The translations under genes and the position numbers were made by a program. The notes under the pieces were generated by a model. It had not been told where the DNA came from, ran no database searches, and saw only the letters and a program-made list of their open reading frames with translations. A DNA stretch of 64,000 nt from Kiritimatiellia bacterium (GTDB lineage Bacteria > Verrucomicrobiota > Kiritimatiellia > RFP12 > UBA1067): NCBI GenBank assembly GCA_017525225.1, contig JAFXTB010000048.1:8799-72798 (forward strand), written 5' to 3'. Shown here one piece after another: positions 18,116 to 27,625 of this stretch (its first letter is position 1; each line of letters begins with the position of its first letter).

Positions 18116-18472
18116 ATGGCATGTTTCACAGTTCCGCTTGCGACCGCCGTTGCGGCGACCGCGGCAAAGTCCGCGCTTCCTGAATCGGCGCGCAGCAATC
18201 CCTTCGTGGCCAAGCTCGGATGGCTCGGCAAGATGATGTTCGGTGGCAGCTTCCTGCTCGCGATCGAGCATGTGTACCACGGCGAGATCATCTTCACGCC
18301 GCCGTTCCTCACCGCGGTGAAGGATGGCGAGGTCTCCGGCATGCTGCACGAGATGGCGACGCGCGGCGTCGCGATGGCCGTGCTGCTGGCGGTCGTGTGG
18401 GTGGTAATGGTGTCCGTATCCGCCATGCGCGAACGCGCGGCGCTCGGCTCTGCAAAGCCGCAGGAGGCCTAG
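18116..18472 (+). CDS. small membrane protein (hypothetical)
   Basis: AAGGAAAGG SD upstream of ATG 18116. Two to three hydrophobic segments. ORF ends 3 nt before the next ATG. Confidence 0.5.
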   Translation: MACFTVPLATAVAATAAKSALPESARSNPFVAKLGWLGKMMFGGSFLLAIEHVYHGEIIFTPPFLTAVKDGEVSGMLHEMATRGVAMAVLLAVVWVVMVSVSAMRERAALGSAKPQEA

Positions 18473-18474
18473 CC

Positions 18475-18753
18475 ATGTGCGAGCTTATGACGATCGCCGC
18501 CGCCGTGGCGTTCACGGCCCTGTACTTCACCGGCAAGAGGCTGGGATGGCGCACCAAGGCGCTTTTCACCACGATGCTCATGTTCTGGGGCGCCGCGCTC
18601 ATGTGGAGCGTAGACTGCGTGGCGGAGAAGCTTGACGGCGAGGCTCTGCTCGACATCAGCCGCGAGGACACGATCCTCGGCTTCATCATCATCGCCGCGG
18701 GTCTGCTTGCCTACGGGGTGTTCAGCCTGCACGAACGGCTGTCCACACACTGA
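18475..18753 (+). CDS. small membrane protein (hypothetical, 92 aa)
   Basis: CAGGAGG SD 8 nt upstream. Three hydrophobic helices (MCELMTIAAAVAFTALYF..., FTTMLMFWGAALMW..., ILGFIIIAAGLLAYGVF). Real start inside track ORF 18220..18753. Confidence 0.5.
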   Translation: MCELMTIAAAVAFTALYFTGKRLGWRTKALFTTMLMFWGAALMWSVDCVAEKLDGEALLDISREDTILGFIIIAAGLLAYGVFSLHERLSTH

Positions 18754-18757
18754 ACCG

Positions 18758-19957
18758 ATGAAACGCAGGACGGTTCTGTTCCTTGGCGACGGCATGGCCG
18801 ATGAGCCGCTGCCGTCGCTGGGCGGCATTACGCCGCTGCAGGCGGCCCGCACTCCAAACATGGACTGGATCGCCGCCAACGGACGCTGCGGCGACATGCT
18901 TACGCTTCCGGACGGCTTCCCGACATCGTCCGACGTCGCCAACATGTCCGTTCTCGGCGGCGACCTGGCGAAGGAGCTCTGCGGACGCGGTCCATTGGAG
19001 GCCGCGTCGCAGGGCATAGCGATGGGGCCAGACGATGTCGTATTCCGCGTGAACCTCATATCCGTGGCTCCGGACGGTACGCTGGCGGACTTCTCCGGCG
19101 GGCATGTCGGCGAGGTCGAGCAGCGCGAGGCCATCGCGCTTCTGAACGAGAGGATCGCGGATGCATGGAAGGGGAATCCCGGCGAGTACATCAGGTTCTA
19201 CGCAGGCGTCTCCTACCGCAACCTCGTGCTTCTGCATGGTCCAGCGTTCAGCGGTTCGGCCGTCGCCTACGACAAGCCGGACGACAACAGCGGCAATCCC
19301 GTCTTGGAACATCTGCCCCGTGCCCGGACGCCCGAGGGCGAATACACGGCAGGGGTTCTTCGCGATCTCGTGGCGCGTGCGGCCGAAGTCCTTGTCGGTC
19401 GTCCTGCGAACGGCATCTGGCCGTGGTCCGGCGGCAAGGCCGGCGCCATACATTCTGTGGCGGATAGATACGGCATCAAGGGTGCGATCGTCGCGGCGGT
19501 CGACGTGATAAACGGCCTTGGACGCACGATGGGGCTTGACGTCATAAAGGTGCCTGGTGCAACCGGCTACATCGATACGAACTACGAGGGCAAGGCCGAC
19601 GCCGCCATCAAGGCGATCCGGGATGGTTATGATTTCGTGTATGTGCACATCGAGGCGACCGACGAGGTGTCGCATGCGCAGGATCTCAAGCTGAAGATCA
19701 AGGCGCTCGAGGATTTCGACGGCAGGCTCATCGGGCGCGTAAGAGCGGCGCTGGGCGACGATGTGGCGTACTGCGTCCTGCCGGACCATCCCGTACCGAT
19801 CCGCCTCGGCAAGCATACCCGCACGCCCGTGCCGGTGGCCGTGTACCAGCCCGGCATCCCTGCCGACCACGTCGGGGCGTACAACGAGATAGATTGTCCG
19901 AAAGGCGCTCTCGGACATCTCGCCGGCGGCGATCTCATGGATTTGCTGCTTGGATGA
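18758..19957 (+). CDS. apgM: cofactor-independent phosphoglycerate mutase, archaeal-type (ApgM family metalloenzyme)
   Basis: [17 protein letters not shown] start and the overall ApgM/alkaline-phosphatase-superfamily pattern ([23 protein letters not shown]). Start 4 nt after the previous stop. Confidence 0.8.
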   Translation: MKRRTVLFLGDGMADEPLPSLGGITPLQAARTPNMDWIAANGRCGDMLTLPDGFPTSSDVANMSVLGGDLAKELCGRGPLEAASQGIAMGPDDVVFRVNLISVAPDGTLADFSGGHVGEVEQREAIALLNERIADAWKGNPGEYIRFYAGVSYRNLVLLHGPAFSGSAVAYDKPDDNSGNPVLEHLPRARTPEGEYTAGVLRDLVARAAEVLVGRPANGIWPWSGGKAGAIHSVADRYGIKGAIVAAVDVINGLGRTMGLDVIKVPGATGYIDTNYEGKADAAIKAIRDGYDFVYVHIEATDEVSHAQDLKLKIKALEDFDGRLIGRVRAALGDDVAYCVLPDHPVPIRLGKHTRTPVPVAVYQPGIPADHVGAYNEIDCPKGALGHLAGGDLMDLLLG

Positions 19958-20001
19958 CGATTTGTGCAGACGTCGTATGCGCTGCGGCAGGAGGAGGTGC
20001 A

Positions 20002-21189
20002 ATGTTCAAAAGACATCTCAAGACAGGGCAGAGATCGGCCGTCGCTGTAGCGGCGGTGTCCGCGGCCATGCTTCTGCCTGCCGGTGAACTGCCGGTCGTC
20101 GACCTGAGCGGCGATGCCAGCCGGCATGCCGTCATCGCCGCCGGAACGGAAAAGGACTACCAGGGACATCCGACGACGGTGCTGACGCCGGACGGACGCA
20201 TCATCGCCGTCTGGTGCACGCCTCACGGCGGATGGTGTGGCCCGGCGGCGGAGAGCGCAGATGGCGGGAAGACATGGACGCGCATAGACGGCCGTTTCCC
20301 GGAGGGTTTCCGTCGCCATGTGAACTGCCCGAGCATATACCGCCTGGAAGGCCCCGACGGCAAGGCGCGGATCTGGACATGGAGCCAGGTGAAGATGCCG
20401 CCAGACGCGAAGGACCATGACGACCACCGCGAGCGGGGCGAGCCGATGCCGTCCGTCATGAGCGAGGACGAAGGGCGTACGTGGAGGGAGATGCCGCCCT
20501 TGGGCGCGAAGTTCCGCTGCGTGATGGCCTTCGCCTCCATCGTGCGCCTGAAGGACGGTTCGTACCTCGGCATGTTCCACGCCGGTCCCGGTGGCGCCGA
20601 TAGGCCGCCTCTCAAGGTCTGGCAGTCCGTCACAAGGGACGGAGGATTCACATGGAGCGATCCCGTCCTCGTGGCGTCCGTAGAGGGCAAGAACCTATGC
20701 GAGCCTTATGTGTTCCGTTCGCCGGATGGCGGCGAGCTTTGCTGCCTCATGCGCGAAAACACGCACAAGGGGTGTTCGATGATGATGTTCTCGCAGGACG
20801 ACGGCCGCACATGGTCGGTGCCCGAGGATTCTCCCTGGGGGCTCACGGGCGATCGGCATCAAGGTGTTCAGCTGCCCGACGGGCGGTTCGTGGTGGCGTT
20901 CCGCGACATGGCGCCGAAGTCGCCGACGCGCGGGCATTTCGTTGCGTGGGTTGGACCCTACGCCGCGATCAGATCACGCGAGAAGAAGGGTACCTATCGC
21001 ATCAAGCTGCTTCACAACTATGCCGGCGTGGACTGCGGCTATCCCGGTATACACCTCCTGCCGGACGGCACCATCATCGCGACGACATACGTCAAGTACT
21101 GGAACGACGCCAGGCAGCAGTCGGTAGTCTCCACGCGCTTCCGGGTGGAAGAGACTGACAGGCGCATCATGTTGCAAACCGGTCCATGA
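20002..21189 (+). CDS. secreted BNR/Asp-box repeat sialidase-like glycoside hydrolase
   Basis: Four Asp-boxes ([32 protein letters not shown]), signal peptide [37 protein letters not shown]. No clear RIP motif, so the sialidase assignment is moderate. Confidence 0.65.
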   Translation: MFKRHLKTGQRSAVAVAAVSAAMLLPAGELPVVDLSGDASRHAVIAAGTEKDYQGHPTTVLTPDGRIIAVWCTPHGGWCGPAAESADGGKTWTRIDGRFPEGFRRHVNCPSIYRLEGPDGKARIWTWSQVKMPPDAKDHDDHRERGEPMPSVMSEDEGRTWREMPPLGAKFRCVMAFASIVRLKDGSYLGMFHAGPGGADRPPLKVWQSVTRDGGFTWSDPVLVASVEGKNLCEPYVFRSPDGGELCCLMRENTHKGCSMMMFSQDDGRTWSVPEDSPWGLTGDRHQGVQLPDGRFVVAFRDMAPKSPTRGHFVAWVGPYAAIRSREKKGTYRIKLLHNYAGVDCGYPGIHLLPDGTIIATTYVKYWNDARQQSVVSTRFRVEETDRRIMLQTGP

Positions 21190-21200
21190 TGGTGTATAAT
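21172..21200 (+). promoter_or_regulatory. sigma70-like promoter TTGCAA-17-TATAAT upstream of the mutarotase-symporter gene
   Basis: TTGCAA 21172-21177, 17-nt spacer, TATAAT 21195-21200. Confidence 0.5.
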
Positions 21201-21234
21201 GCCGTCCGTGTCAGTTGTCCAAGAGAGATTCAAG

Positions 21235-23817
21235 ATGAAGATGGCGTTGTCTGCGAGGTACGGCGTACTGGCGTTCGCCGGTGCATGTCTTTCCACCTGC
21301 CTCTGGGCGCATGTGGAGCTGAACTGGGGCGAGGAGTTCCTTCTGCCGCCATTGGACGGCAGACCCAACGTGGGCGTGGCAAGGCCCTTCGCGGGCGTTT
21401 CCAACGGACGCGTCCTTCTTGCCGGCGGCGCGAACTTCCCGGTGAAGCCGCTCATCGAGGGCGGCCCCAAGGTCTACCATGACGAGATCTGGAGCTTCGA
21501 TCCGTCGGCTGCGAAGCCGGCATGGGAGCTTTCGGGACGTCTGCCCATGGCGCGCGGGGAAGGTGCGTATGCGACCGTGCCACAGGGCGTGGTGTGCGTC
21601 TCCGGCGCGATCGGTGCCGACGGCAAGGCGCTCACGAACGGATGCTTCCTCATGCGCTGGGAAGGCGGCCAGGTGCAAGTTTCCGACCTGCCGCCATTCC
21701 CCGAGCCGGCGAGATACGCGGCCGCCGCCTCGCGAGGCTCCAAGGTGTATGCGGTAGGTGTCCGCAAGGTGGCGTCCATCGACCTGGGCGACGCGAATCC
21801 GCGGTGGACTTCGCTACCCGACCTCCCGGAAGAGGTGTTCCAGCCTGCATGCGCCGTGCAGAACCTCTCGCACCAGCGCACGGGGCTTTTCGTCTTCGCG
21901 GAGCACGGGAAGGACAAGCTTTCCGGCGGATGGTTCCTGGATCTCGCCCCGGATGCCGCCGCAGGCTGGCAGCCGGTCCCCGACGTCCCTGCGGACGGAC
22001 CTCTCGGGGACCGCAAGTTCGTAGGTTCGCTCGCGCTCGCCTCTGGCGACCAGCACATACTCTTCTTCGGCGGCACCAGTCGAGGCCCGGCGCGTGAAAG
22101 CGAAGGCAAGGGACGCGACTGGTACCTCAATCATCCGCCGGAATGGTTCCGCTTCCCGAAGGCCGTGCTTGTCTACCACACCGTCACCGAGCGCTGGTTC
22201 ACGCTGGCGGAGACTCCGTTCCCGGGCCGCGCCGGGGCCGCGCTCGTGGCGCTGCCCGACGGCCGCATCCTGCTGCATGGCGGAGAGATCGGCCCTGGCA
22301 CGCGCACGCCTCGCGGCGCGATCGGCGCCTTCGCGCGCACGAAGGGGTGGCATCCGGTCAACTATGCGGTGGTGGTGCTGTATTTCGCGGCCATGGCCGG
22401 GATGGGGTTCTGGTTCATGCGGCGCAACAGGTCTTCCGACACGTACTTCAAGGGTGGCGGCCACATCCCGTGGTGGTTCGTCTCGATGTCCATATACGCC
22501 ACGATGCTCTCGTCGATCACCTTCATCTCGATCCCGGCGCTGGTGTACCTAACGGACTGCCGCTATTTCGCGATCACGTTCGGCATACTCATACTCGCGC
22601 CGATAGTCACGCGCTACTATCTGCCGTTCTTCCGCCGGCTCAACCTCACGAGCGCGTACGAGTACCTGGAGGTGCGCTTCAACCTCGCATGCCGTCTCTT
22701 TGCGTCGGCGGCGTTCATCCTCTTCATGGTCGCGCGCACGGCGATAGTCACGTACCTTCCGGCGATCGCGCTTTCCGCGGTCGTGGATGTGGACGTCAAC
22801 CTGTCGATCGTGCTGGTGACCGCGGTGACGATCCTCTACTGCACGCTTGGCGGCGTGGAGGCCGTCATCTGGAGCGATTTCGTGCAGTCGCTCATCCTGA
22901 TACTCGGAACGCTGATGATATACGCATACCTCGTGTGCGGCACGGAAGGGGGGCTGGGCGGCTTCATCGCGATGGGCGCGGCGGCGGAGAAGTTCAGGGT
23001 GTTCGATTTCACTCTCGACTGGTCGAAGCCCGTGTTCTGGGTGGTGTTCGTGGGCGGAGTGGTGGCGAATCTCGCGTCCTACACCTCCGACCAGTGTGTG
23101 GTGCAGCGTTACATGACCACGAAGGACGAGCAGGGCGCGGCGCGCTCGATCCTCTTCAACGGCGTACTGTCCTTCGTCAACAGCATGGTGTTCTTCACGC
23201 TGGGCGTGGCGCTCTGGACGTTCTTCCGCTCCAACCCCAGCCTCCTGGAGGTGACGATGCCGAAGAACGATTCAGTGTTCCCCCTCTTCATCGGCGGCGT
23301 GCTGCCTGTCGGCGTGTCGGGGCTGATACTCGCCGCCGTGGCGGCGGCCACGATGAGCACGCTCTCCGCGAACCTCAACAGCGCGGCGTCGGCCTTCACC
23401 ACCGACTTCTTCGCGCGCCTGGGCAGGAACGTGTCCGATGCCGCCAAGCTCCGCTGCGGACGCATCGCCACCATCGTCACGGGTCTTCTGGGGGGCTTCT
23501 TCGCGCTGGTGCTGGCGAACATGGAGATACACTCGATCTACGACCAGTTCCAGAGGTTCCTCGGAATCCTGACGGGCGGACTCGGATGCCTCTTCTTCAT
23601 GGGCATATTCATGAAGCGCGTGACACCCGCCGGGGCGACGGCCGGGCTTGTGGCTAACTACGCGGTCTGCTTCGCGCTCGACCAGCTTTCGTTCCCGCAC
23701 AAGCCGCATCTGCTGCTCTTCGGCGCGCTGGGCATGGTCGCGTGCCTGGTGGTGGCGCCGCTGGTGAGCGCGCTGACGCGCGGGCCGCAGACCGATCACC
23801 CGCGTACCGGCCCGTGA
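21235..23817 (+). CDS. fusion protein: periplasmic kelch-type sialic-acid mutarotase (NanM/cyclically-permuted mutarotase-like) + sodium:solute symporter (SSS, SiaT-like)
   Basis: Signal peptide MKMALSARYGVLAFAGACLSTCLWA. N-terminal ~370 aa is kelch/galactose-oxidase-like with repeated GG..GG blocks. C-terminal ~500 aa has 13 or more TM helices with SSS-family character. Start ATG 21235, since the track start 21199 overlaps the -10. Confidence 0.7.
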   Translation: MKMALSARYGVLAFAGACLSTCLWAHVELNWGEEFLLPPLDGRPNVGVARPFAGVSNGRVLLAGGANFPVKPLIEGGPKVYHDEIWSFDPSAAKPAWELSGRLPMARGEGAYATVPQGVVCVSGAIGADGKALTNGCFLMRWEGGQVQVSDLPPFPEPARYAAAASRGSKVYAVGVRKVASIDLGDANPRWTSLPDLPEEVFQPACAVQNLSHQRTGLFVFAEHGKDKLSGGWFLDLAPDAAAGWQPVPDVPADGPLGDRKFVGSLALASGDQHILFFGGTSRGPARESEGKGRDWYLNHPPEWFRFPKAVLVYHTVTERWFTLAETPFPGRAGAALVALPDGRILLHGGEIGPGTRTPRGAIGAFARTKGWHPVNYAVVVLYFAAMAGMGFWFMRRNRSSDTYFKGGGHIPWWFVSMSIYATMLSSITFISIPALVYLTDCRYFAITFGILILAPIVTRYYLPFFRRLNLTSAYEYLEVRFNLACRLFASAAFILFMVARTAIVTYLPAIALSAVVDVDVNLSIVLVTAVTILYCTLGGVEAVIWSDFVQSLILILGTLMIYAYLVCGTEGGLGGFIAMGAAAEKFRVFDFTLDWSKPVFWVVFVGGVVANLASYTSDQCVVQRYMTTKDEQGAARSILFNGVLSFVNSMVFFTLGVALWTFFRSNPSLLEVTMPKNDSVFPLFIGGVLPVGVSGLILAAVAAATMSTLSANLNSAASAFTTDFFARLGRNVSDAAKLRCGRIATIVTGLLGGFFALVLANMEIHSIYDQFQRFLGILTGGLGCLFFMGIFMKRVTPAGATAGLVANYAVCFALDQLSFPHKPHLLLFGALGMVACLVVAPLVSALTRGPQTDHPRTGP

Positions 23818-24695
23818 CCGGGCGGCATCGCCTCGCCCAGCAGCGCGAGGTCCGCGTCGCGGGATTCCCAGCCCTGCATCCAGCCGTGCGAGAAGCCGAA
23901 GTCCGCGGCAGCCTCGGTGACAGTGTCGTATTCCTCCTCCGTGACGCCGCGGTCGAATGGCGGCACATTCCGCGCCATGTATGCCGGGGTGTACTGGCTC
24001 ATCACCGATATGTGCACATCGCTCGAGCATTCCGCGGCCAGCCAGGCAAGGTTCTCGACCGCCTCTTCCGCATGGCCGGGCAGTACCAGCAGACGCACGA
24101 TGACACCCCTCGTCGCCCTGCCGGGCTCCTCGGAGTCCAGCGGACCGAGGGCGTTCCATAGATGCTTCACGGCGGCGCGGCTCGCGGCCACGTAGCCGGG
24201 CGCGGCCGAGGCCGCGCGCGCGGTGCGGTCGCTGGAGTAGCGCAGGTCCACGAGCGCGATGTCGCAGAGGTCGCGGAAATCGCGCAGCGTCTCCACCGAT
24301 TCGAAGCCGCTCGAGTTCCACACGAACGGCAGGCGCACGCCTTCATCCAGCAGCGGGCGCACGGCCTCGCGGATGAACGGCAGATACGGCGTAGGCGATA
24401 CGAGGTTCCAGTTGCAGCAGCCATCCTCCACGGCCAGCTGGCGCAGGATGCCGGAAAGCGCCGCCACGGTGACGTCCTCGCCGCCGCCCTGCCAGCTCCA
24501 GGGGGCGTTCTGGCAGTAGATGCACTTCATGGTGCACCGCGAGAAGAACACGGCCCCGGAACCCTTCTCCCCGCAGATGGGGGGCTCCTCTCCGAAGTGC
24601 GGGCCCCAGCGGAACACGCGCGGCATGCCGCCCGCGCCGCAGAAGCCGCCGGGCCTAGCCCTGCACCGGCGAGGACACAGACTGCATCCGCTCAT
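23796..24695 (-). CDS. PflX/AmmeMemoSam-type radical SAM protein
   Basis: N-terminal Cys cluster CSLCPRRC...FCG, then HFGEEPPICGEKGSGAVFFSRCTMKCIYCQN (CxxxCxxC radical SAM motif with the characteristic GEEPPISG preamble). Confidence 0.75.
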   Translation of the reverse strand: MSGCSLCPRRCRARPGGFCGAGGMPRVFRWGPHFGEEPPICGEKGSGAVFFSRCTMKCIYCQNAPWSWQGGGEDVTVAALSGILRQLAVEDGCCNWNLVSPTPYLPFIREAVRPLLDEGVRLPFVWNSSGFESVETLRDFRDLCDIALVDLRYSSDRTARAASAAPGYVAASRAAVKHLWNALGPLDSEEPGRATRGVIVRLLVLPGHAEEAVENLAWLAAECSSDVHISVMSQYTPAYMARNVPPFDRGVTEEEYDTVTEAAADFGFSHGWMQGWESRDADLALLGEAMPPGHGPVRG

Positions 24696-25518
24696 GGCGG
24701 GCCCTGCCCCTTACGAAGAACGCGCATGTCACCGGGACGGTGAACATGTATGCGATGCCTGCGGCGCCGATGGTCATCCAGAAGTTGGATACCAGCAGCG
24801 CCACCACGAACAGCGCGCCGGCCATGAGCGGCAGCACCGCGCTGCGGTGGACGTGCAGATGCTTCAGCGAGATCGTAGGCAGGCGGCTTGCCATGAGGGC
24901 GCCCACGAAGAGCAGCATGAACATGCCGAATATGGGGTTCTGGAAGAACTCGGCGTAGGCGGGCGCCTTGCCCTTGGCGTCAAGCGCCAGCGAGAGGATC
25001 GCCGGCGAGAGCACCATCCAGCATCCGCCTGGCGCCGGCACGCCGAGGAAGTAGTTCTTCCAGTATGGCAGCGTGGGCTGCTCAAGCATGGTGTTGAAGC
25101 GGGCGAGACGGAAGCAGTCGCACATCGCGTAGAAGAGCGAGCATCCGAGCACGAGGCGCACAATGTGCGGATCCACCGCCAGGTGGCTCGGACCGCCCGT
25201 GAGCCAGTAGTACATGAACATCGCGGGCGCCACGCCGAAGTTCACGAAGTCCGCGAGCGAGTCCAGCTCGGCCCCCAGCTTCGAGCTGCATTTCAGCAGC
25301 CGCGCCACGCGGCCGTCGATGCCGTCACACAGGCACGCGACGAGCAACGCCACCAGGGCGTGCGTCCAGCGTTCCTCCGAGGAGAGCGAGATCGAGGTGA
25401 TCCCGGCGCACGCCGCTGCCGACGTGATGAGGTTGGGCACTATGGAACGCAGCGGTATGCGGTCCTGACGGACGGTGCGCTCCTTGCGGCGGCGGCCTCT
25501 CAATCTGAATCTGCTCAT
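24655..25518 (-). CDS. pssA: CDP-diacylglycerol--serine O-phosphatidyltransferase (phosphatidylserine synthase)
   Basis: CDP-alcohol phosphatidyltransferase motif DGIDGRVARLLKCSSKLGAELDSLAD and multiple TM helices. Confidence 0.8.
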   Translation of the reverse strand: MSRFRLRGRRRKERTVRQDRIPLRSIVPNLITSAAACAGITSISLSSEERWTHALVALLVACLCDGIDGRVARLLKCSSKLGAELDSLADFVNFGVAPAMFMYYWLTGGPSHLAVDPHIVRLVLGCSLFYAMCDCFRLARFNTMLEQPTLPYWKNYFLGVPAPGGCWMVLSPAILSLALDAKGKAPAYAEFFQNPIFGMFMLLFVGALMASRLPTISLKHLHVHRSAVLPLMAGALFVVALLVSNFWMTIGAAGIAYMFTVPVTCAFFVRGRARHERMQSVSSPVQG

Positions 25519-25569
25519 GTCTGACTCCCGTTCCTGGAAAGTGGGTTGCTTATAATTATCTCATTTCAT

Positions 25570-25598
25570 TTGCTTTCGCGCAAGTGGTAAGGTATACT
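25570..25598 (+). promoter_or_regulatory. sigma70-like promoter TTGCTT-17-TATACT in the divergent region between pssA and the TolB-like gene
   Basis: Hexamers read directly. CAGGAG SD then ATG 25629. Confidence 0.4.
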
Positions 25599-25628
25599 AT
25601 GCTGACAACCACCCAAACAGGAGTCTAC

Positions 25629-26789
25629 ATGTCCAACAAAGCATTTCTACTGTCCATAGCGCTCTGCGCCGCCGTCGGCGCCGCGCCTGTCCCCAACGCC
25701 GTCGTCGAGAAGGCCGGCGCCGAACGCATCACAGTGTCCGTGGCGACGCCGCCCGGCGCCTACACCTCGTCGCTCAAGCGGAACCTGCAGATATCCGGCT
25801 GGTTCACGCTTGCGGGCGAAGGCGCGGCCATAAAGGTGTCCGGCACGCCCGGGGTGTCGGTGACGGCCACGGGGCGCGGCAAGACGATCACCGCTACCAC
25901 CGCGTTCCAGGACGACCGCGGTGCGCGCATGGCGGCGCGCAGGTTCGTGGACACGATGGTGAAGGAGTTCTCGGATGGCGGCAGGGGCTTCGCCACGACG
26001 CGCCTGGCGTTCGTCAACCGCAAGGGGCCGGACAATGCCGAGCTGTACACCTGCTATCCCGACGGCTACGACATCCGCCAGATCACGAGCGACGGCTGCG
26101 CCGCGGTGGGGCCGCGCTGGGCGCCTGACGGGGAGACCATCTACTACACCAGCTTCATCCACAAGTTCGGCAACGTGTTCCGCATCAACGCGTCCGCCGG
26201 CCAGCGTCCGGTGCCGCTGGCGCCCTTCAAGGGCACGGCGACCGGGGCCGCCATCGCGCCGGACGGTAACCGCTGCGCGATCGTCCTTTCCTACGAGGGC
26301 AATCCGGAGCTCTACGTGATGGATATCGCATCGCGGAGGATCAAGCGCATGACCAATACGCCCGCCGCCGCCGAGGCCTCGCCGTGCTGGAGCCCGGATG
26401 GAACCAGGATCGCGTACGTGTCCGACCAGAGCCGCCATCCGCAGGTATACATCCTCGACGTCGCGTCGCGCAGGTCAGTGCGCTTCACGAACAAGGGAAG
26501 CGAGAACACGAATCCGGACTGGAACGCCGACGGCAAGCTCGTGTGGGCATCGAAGCGCCAGGGGCAGACGGTGCTGATGGTCGCCGACGTCGCGGCGGGT
26601 GAAGGGGCTGCTCGTGCGGTCACCACGCCCGGCAGCTGGGAACATCCGTCCTGGGCCGCCAACGGCCGCCATGTGGTGGCATCCCGCGACAAGGCGCTCT
26701 TCCTCGTCGACACCGATCCTGACGCCGACAAGCCCGTGCAGCTCTTCCACAACAAGGGCAACTGGATGAATCCGGCGCTCAGCCGCTGA
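25629..26789 (+). CDS. TolB-like periplasmic beta-propeller protein (PD40 repeats)
   Basis: Signal peptide MSNKAFLLSIALCAAVGA. Repeated WAPDGETIYYTS / IAPDGNRCAIV / WSPDGTRIAYVS PD40 blocks. Confidence 0.6.
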   Translation: MSNKAFLLSIALCAAVGAAPVPNAVVEKAGAERITVSVATPPGAYTSSLKRNLQISGWFTLAGEGAAIKVSGTPGVSVTATGRGKTITATTAFQDDRGARMAARRFVDTMVKEFSDGGRGFATTRLAFVNRKGPDNAELYTCYPDGYDIRQITSDGCAAVGPRWAPDGETIYYTSFIHKFGNVFRINASAGQRPVPLAPFKGTATGAAIAPDGNRCAIVLSYEGNPELYVMDIASRRIKRMTNTPAAAEASPCWSPDGTRIAYVSDQSRHPQVYILDVASRRSVRFTNKGSENTNPDWNADGKLVWASKRQGQTVLMVADVAAGEGAARAVTTPGSWEHPSWAANGRHVVASRDKALFLVDTDPDADKPVQLFHNKGNWMNPALSR

Positions 26790-26806
26790 ACCACGGAGGC
26801 CCGCGC

Positions 26807-27625
26807 ATGGACTATGCATTCTTCGACCGCGCGGCGGAGGTGCTGCCGGACGCATGTTTCACACAGCCGCCCGACCTGGGCGTGGTGCTTGGCAGCGGCT
26901 GGGGCGAGGCGCTCGTCAAGGACCACGTGCTGCTGCGCATCCCGTATTCCGACATTCCAGGCGTGGGCCGTTCCACCGTGGTGGGGCATGCCGGGGAGTT
27001 CGTGCTGTACGAGCGCTTCGGGCGACGCATTGCCGCCTTCTGCGGCAGGCGCCACTGGTACGAGGGCGTCGGATGGGAGACCGTCGTGGCGCCTGTGGAG
27101 CTGCTGCGCCGCATGGGATGCGCGCGGCTGCTGCTGACGAACGCCGTCGGCGGAATCAACCCGGCTCTGCATGCCGGCGATTTCGTCATACTGCGCGACC
27201 ATATCAACACCGTGGGCGTGAACCCGTTGGCGGGGCCGCACCGCGAGGAATGGGGTCCGCGCTTCCCCGATATGACCGAGGTCTACACCCAGCATCTGCG
27301 CGACATGCTGCGCGCGGTCGCGCGCAAGCTGGGCATCCGCACGCTCGAGGGTGTGTATGCCTTCACCGCGGGGCCGGTATTCGAGACGCCCGCTGAGATC
27401 CGCGCCTACGCCCATCTCGGGGCGGACGTTGTCGGCATGAGCACCGTGCCGGAGGCGGTGTTCGCGCGGGCCTGCGGCATCCAGGTGGCGGGGCTTTCGC
27501 TTGTCGCGAACCTCGCGGCCGGCATCTCGCCCGTGCCGCTGACGCACGAGGACGTGATGCGCGCGTCCACCGAGGCCAAGCCGCTGATGGCGAAGATCTG
27601 CGACGCATTCATCGAGGCGCTTTGA
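26807..27625 (+). CDS. purine-nucleoside phosphorylase (PNP/MTAP family, trimeric type)
   Basis: VVLGSGWGEA (GSGLG-like phosphate loop) and FTAGPVFETPAEIRAYAHLGADVVGMSTVPEAV, typical of PNP family 2. Confidence 0.8.
   Translation: MDYAFFDRAAEVLPDACFTQPPDLGVVLGSGWGEALVKDHVLLRIPYSDIPGVGRSTVVGHAGEFVLYERFGRRIAAFCGRRHWYEGVGWETVVAPVELLRRMGCARLLLTNAVGGINPALHAGDFVILRDHINTVGVNPLAGPHREEWGPRFPDMTEVYTQHLRDMLRAVARKLGIRTLEGVYAFTAGPVFETPAEIRAYAHLGADVVGMSTVPEAVFARACGIQVAGLSLVANLAAGISPVPLTHEDVMRASTEAKPLMAKICDAFIEAL

Noticed and set aside
13308-18122. Series of long minus-strand ORFs (13308..14687, 14730..15920, 15981..18122)
   Set aside because: All are antisense shadows of the 1490-aa + strand fusion enzyme, whose internal duplication and catalytic motifs are only coherent on the + strand.
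18722-20580. Minus-strand ORFs 18722..20002 and 19627..20580
   Set aside because: Antisense to apgM and the sialidase-like gene (Asp-boxes on + strand).
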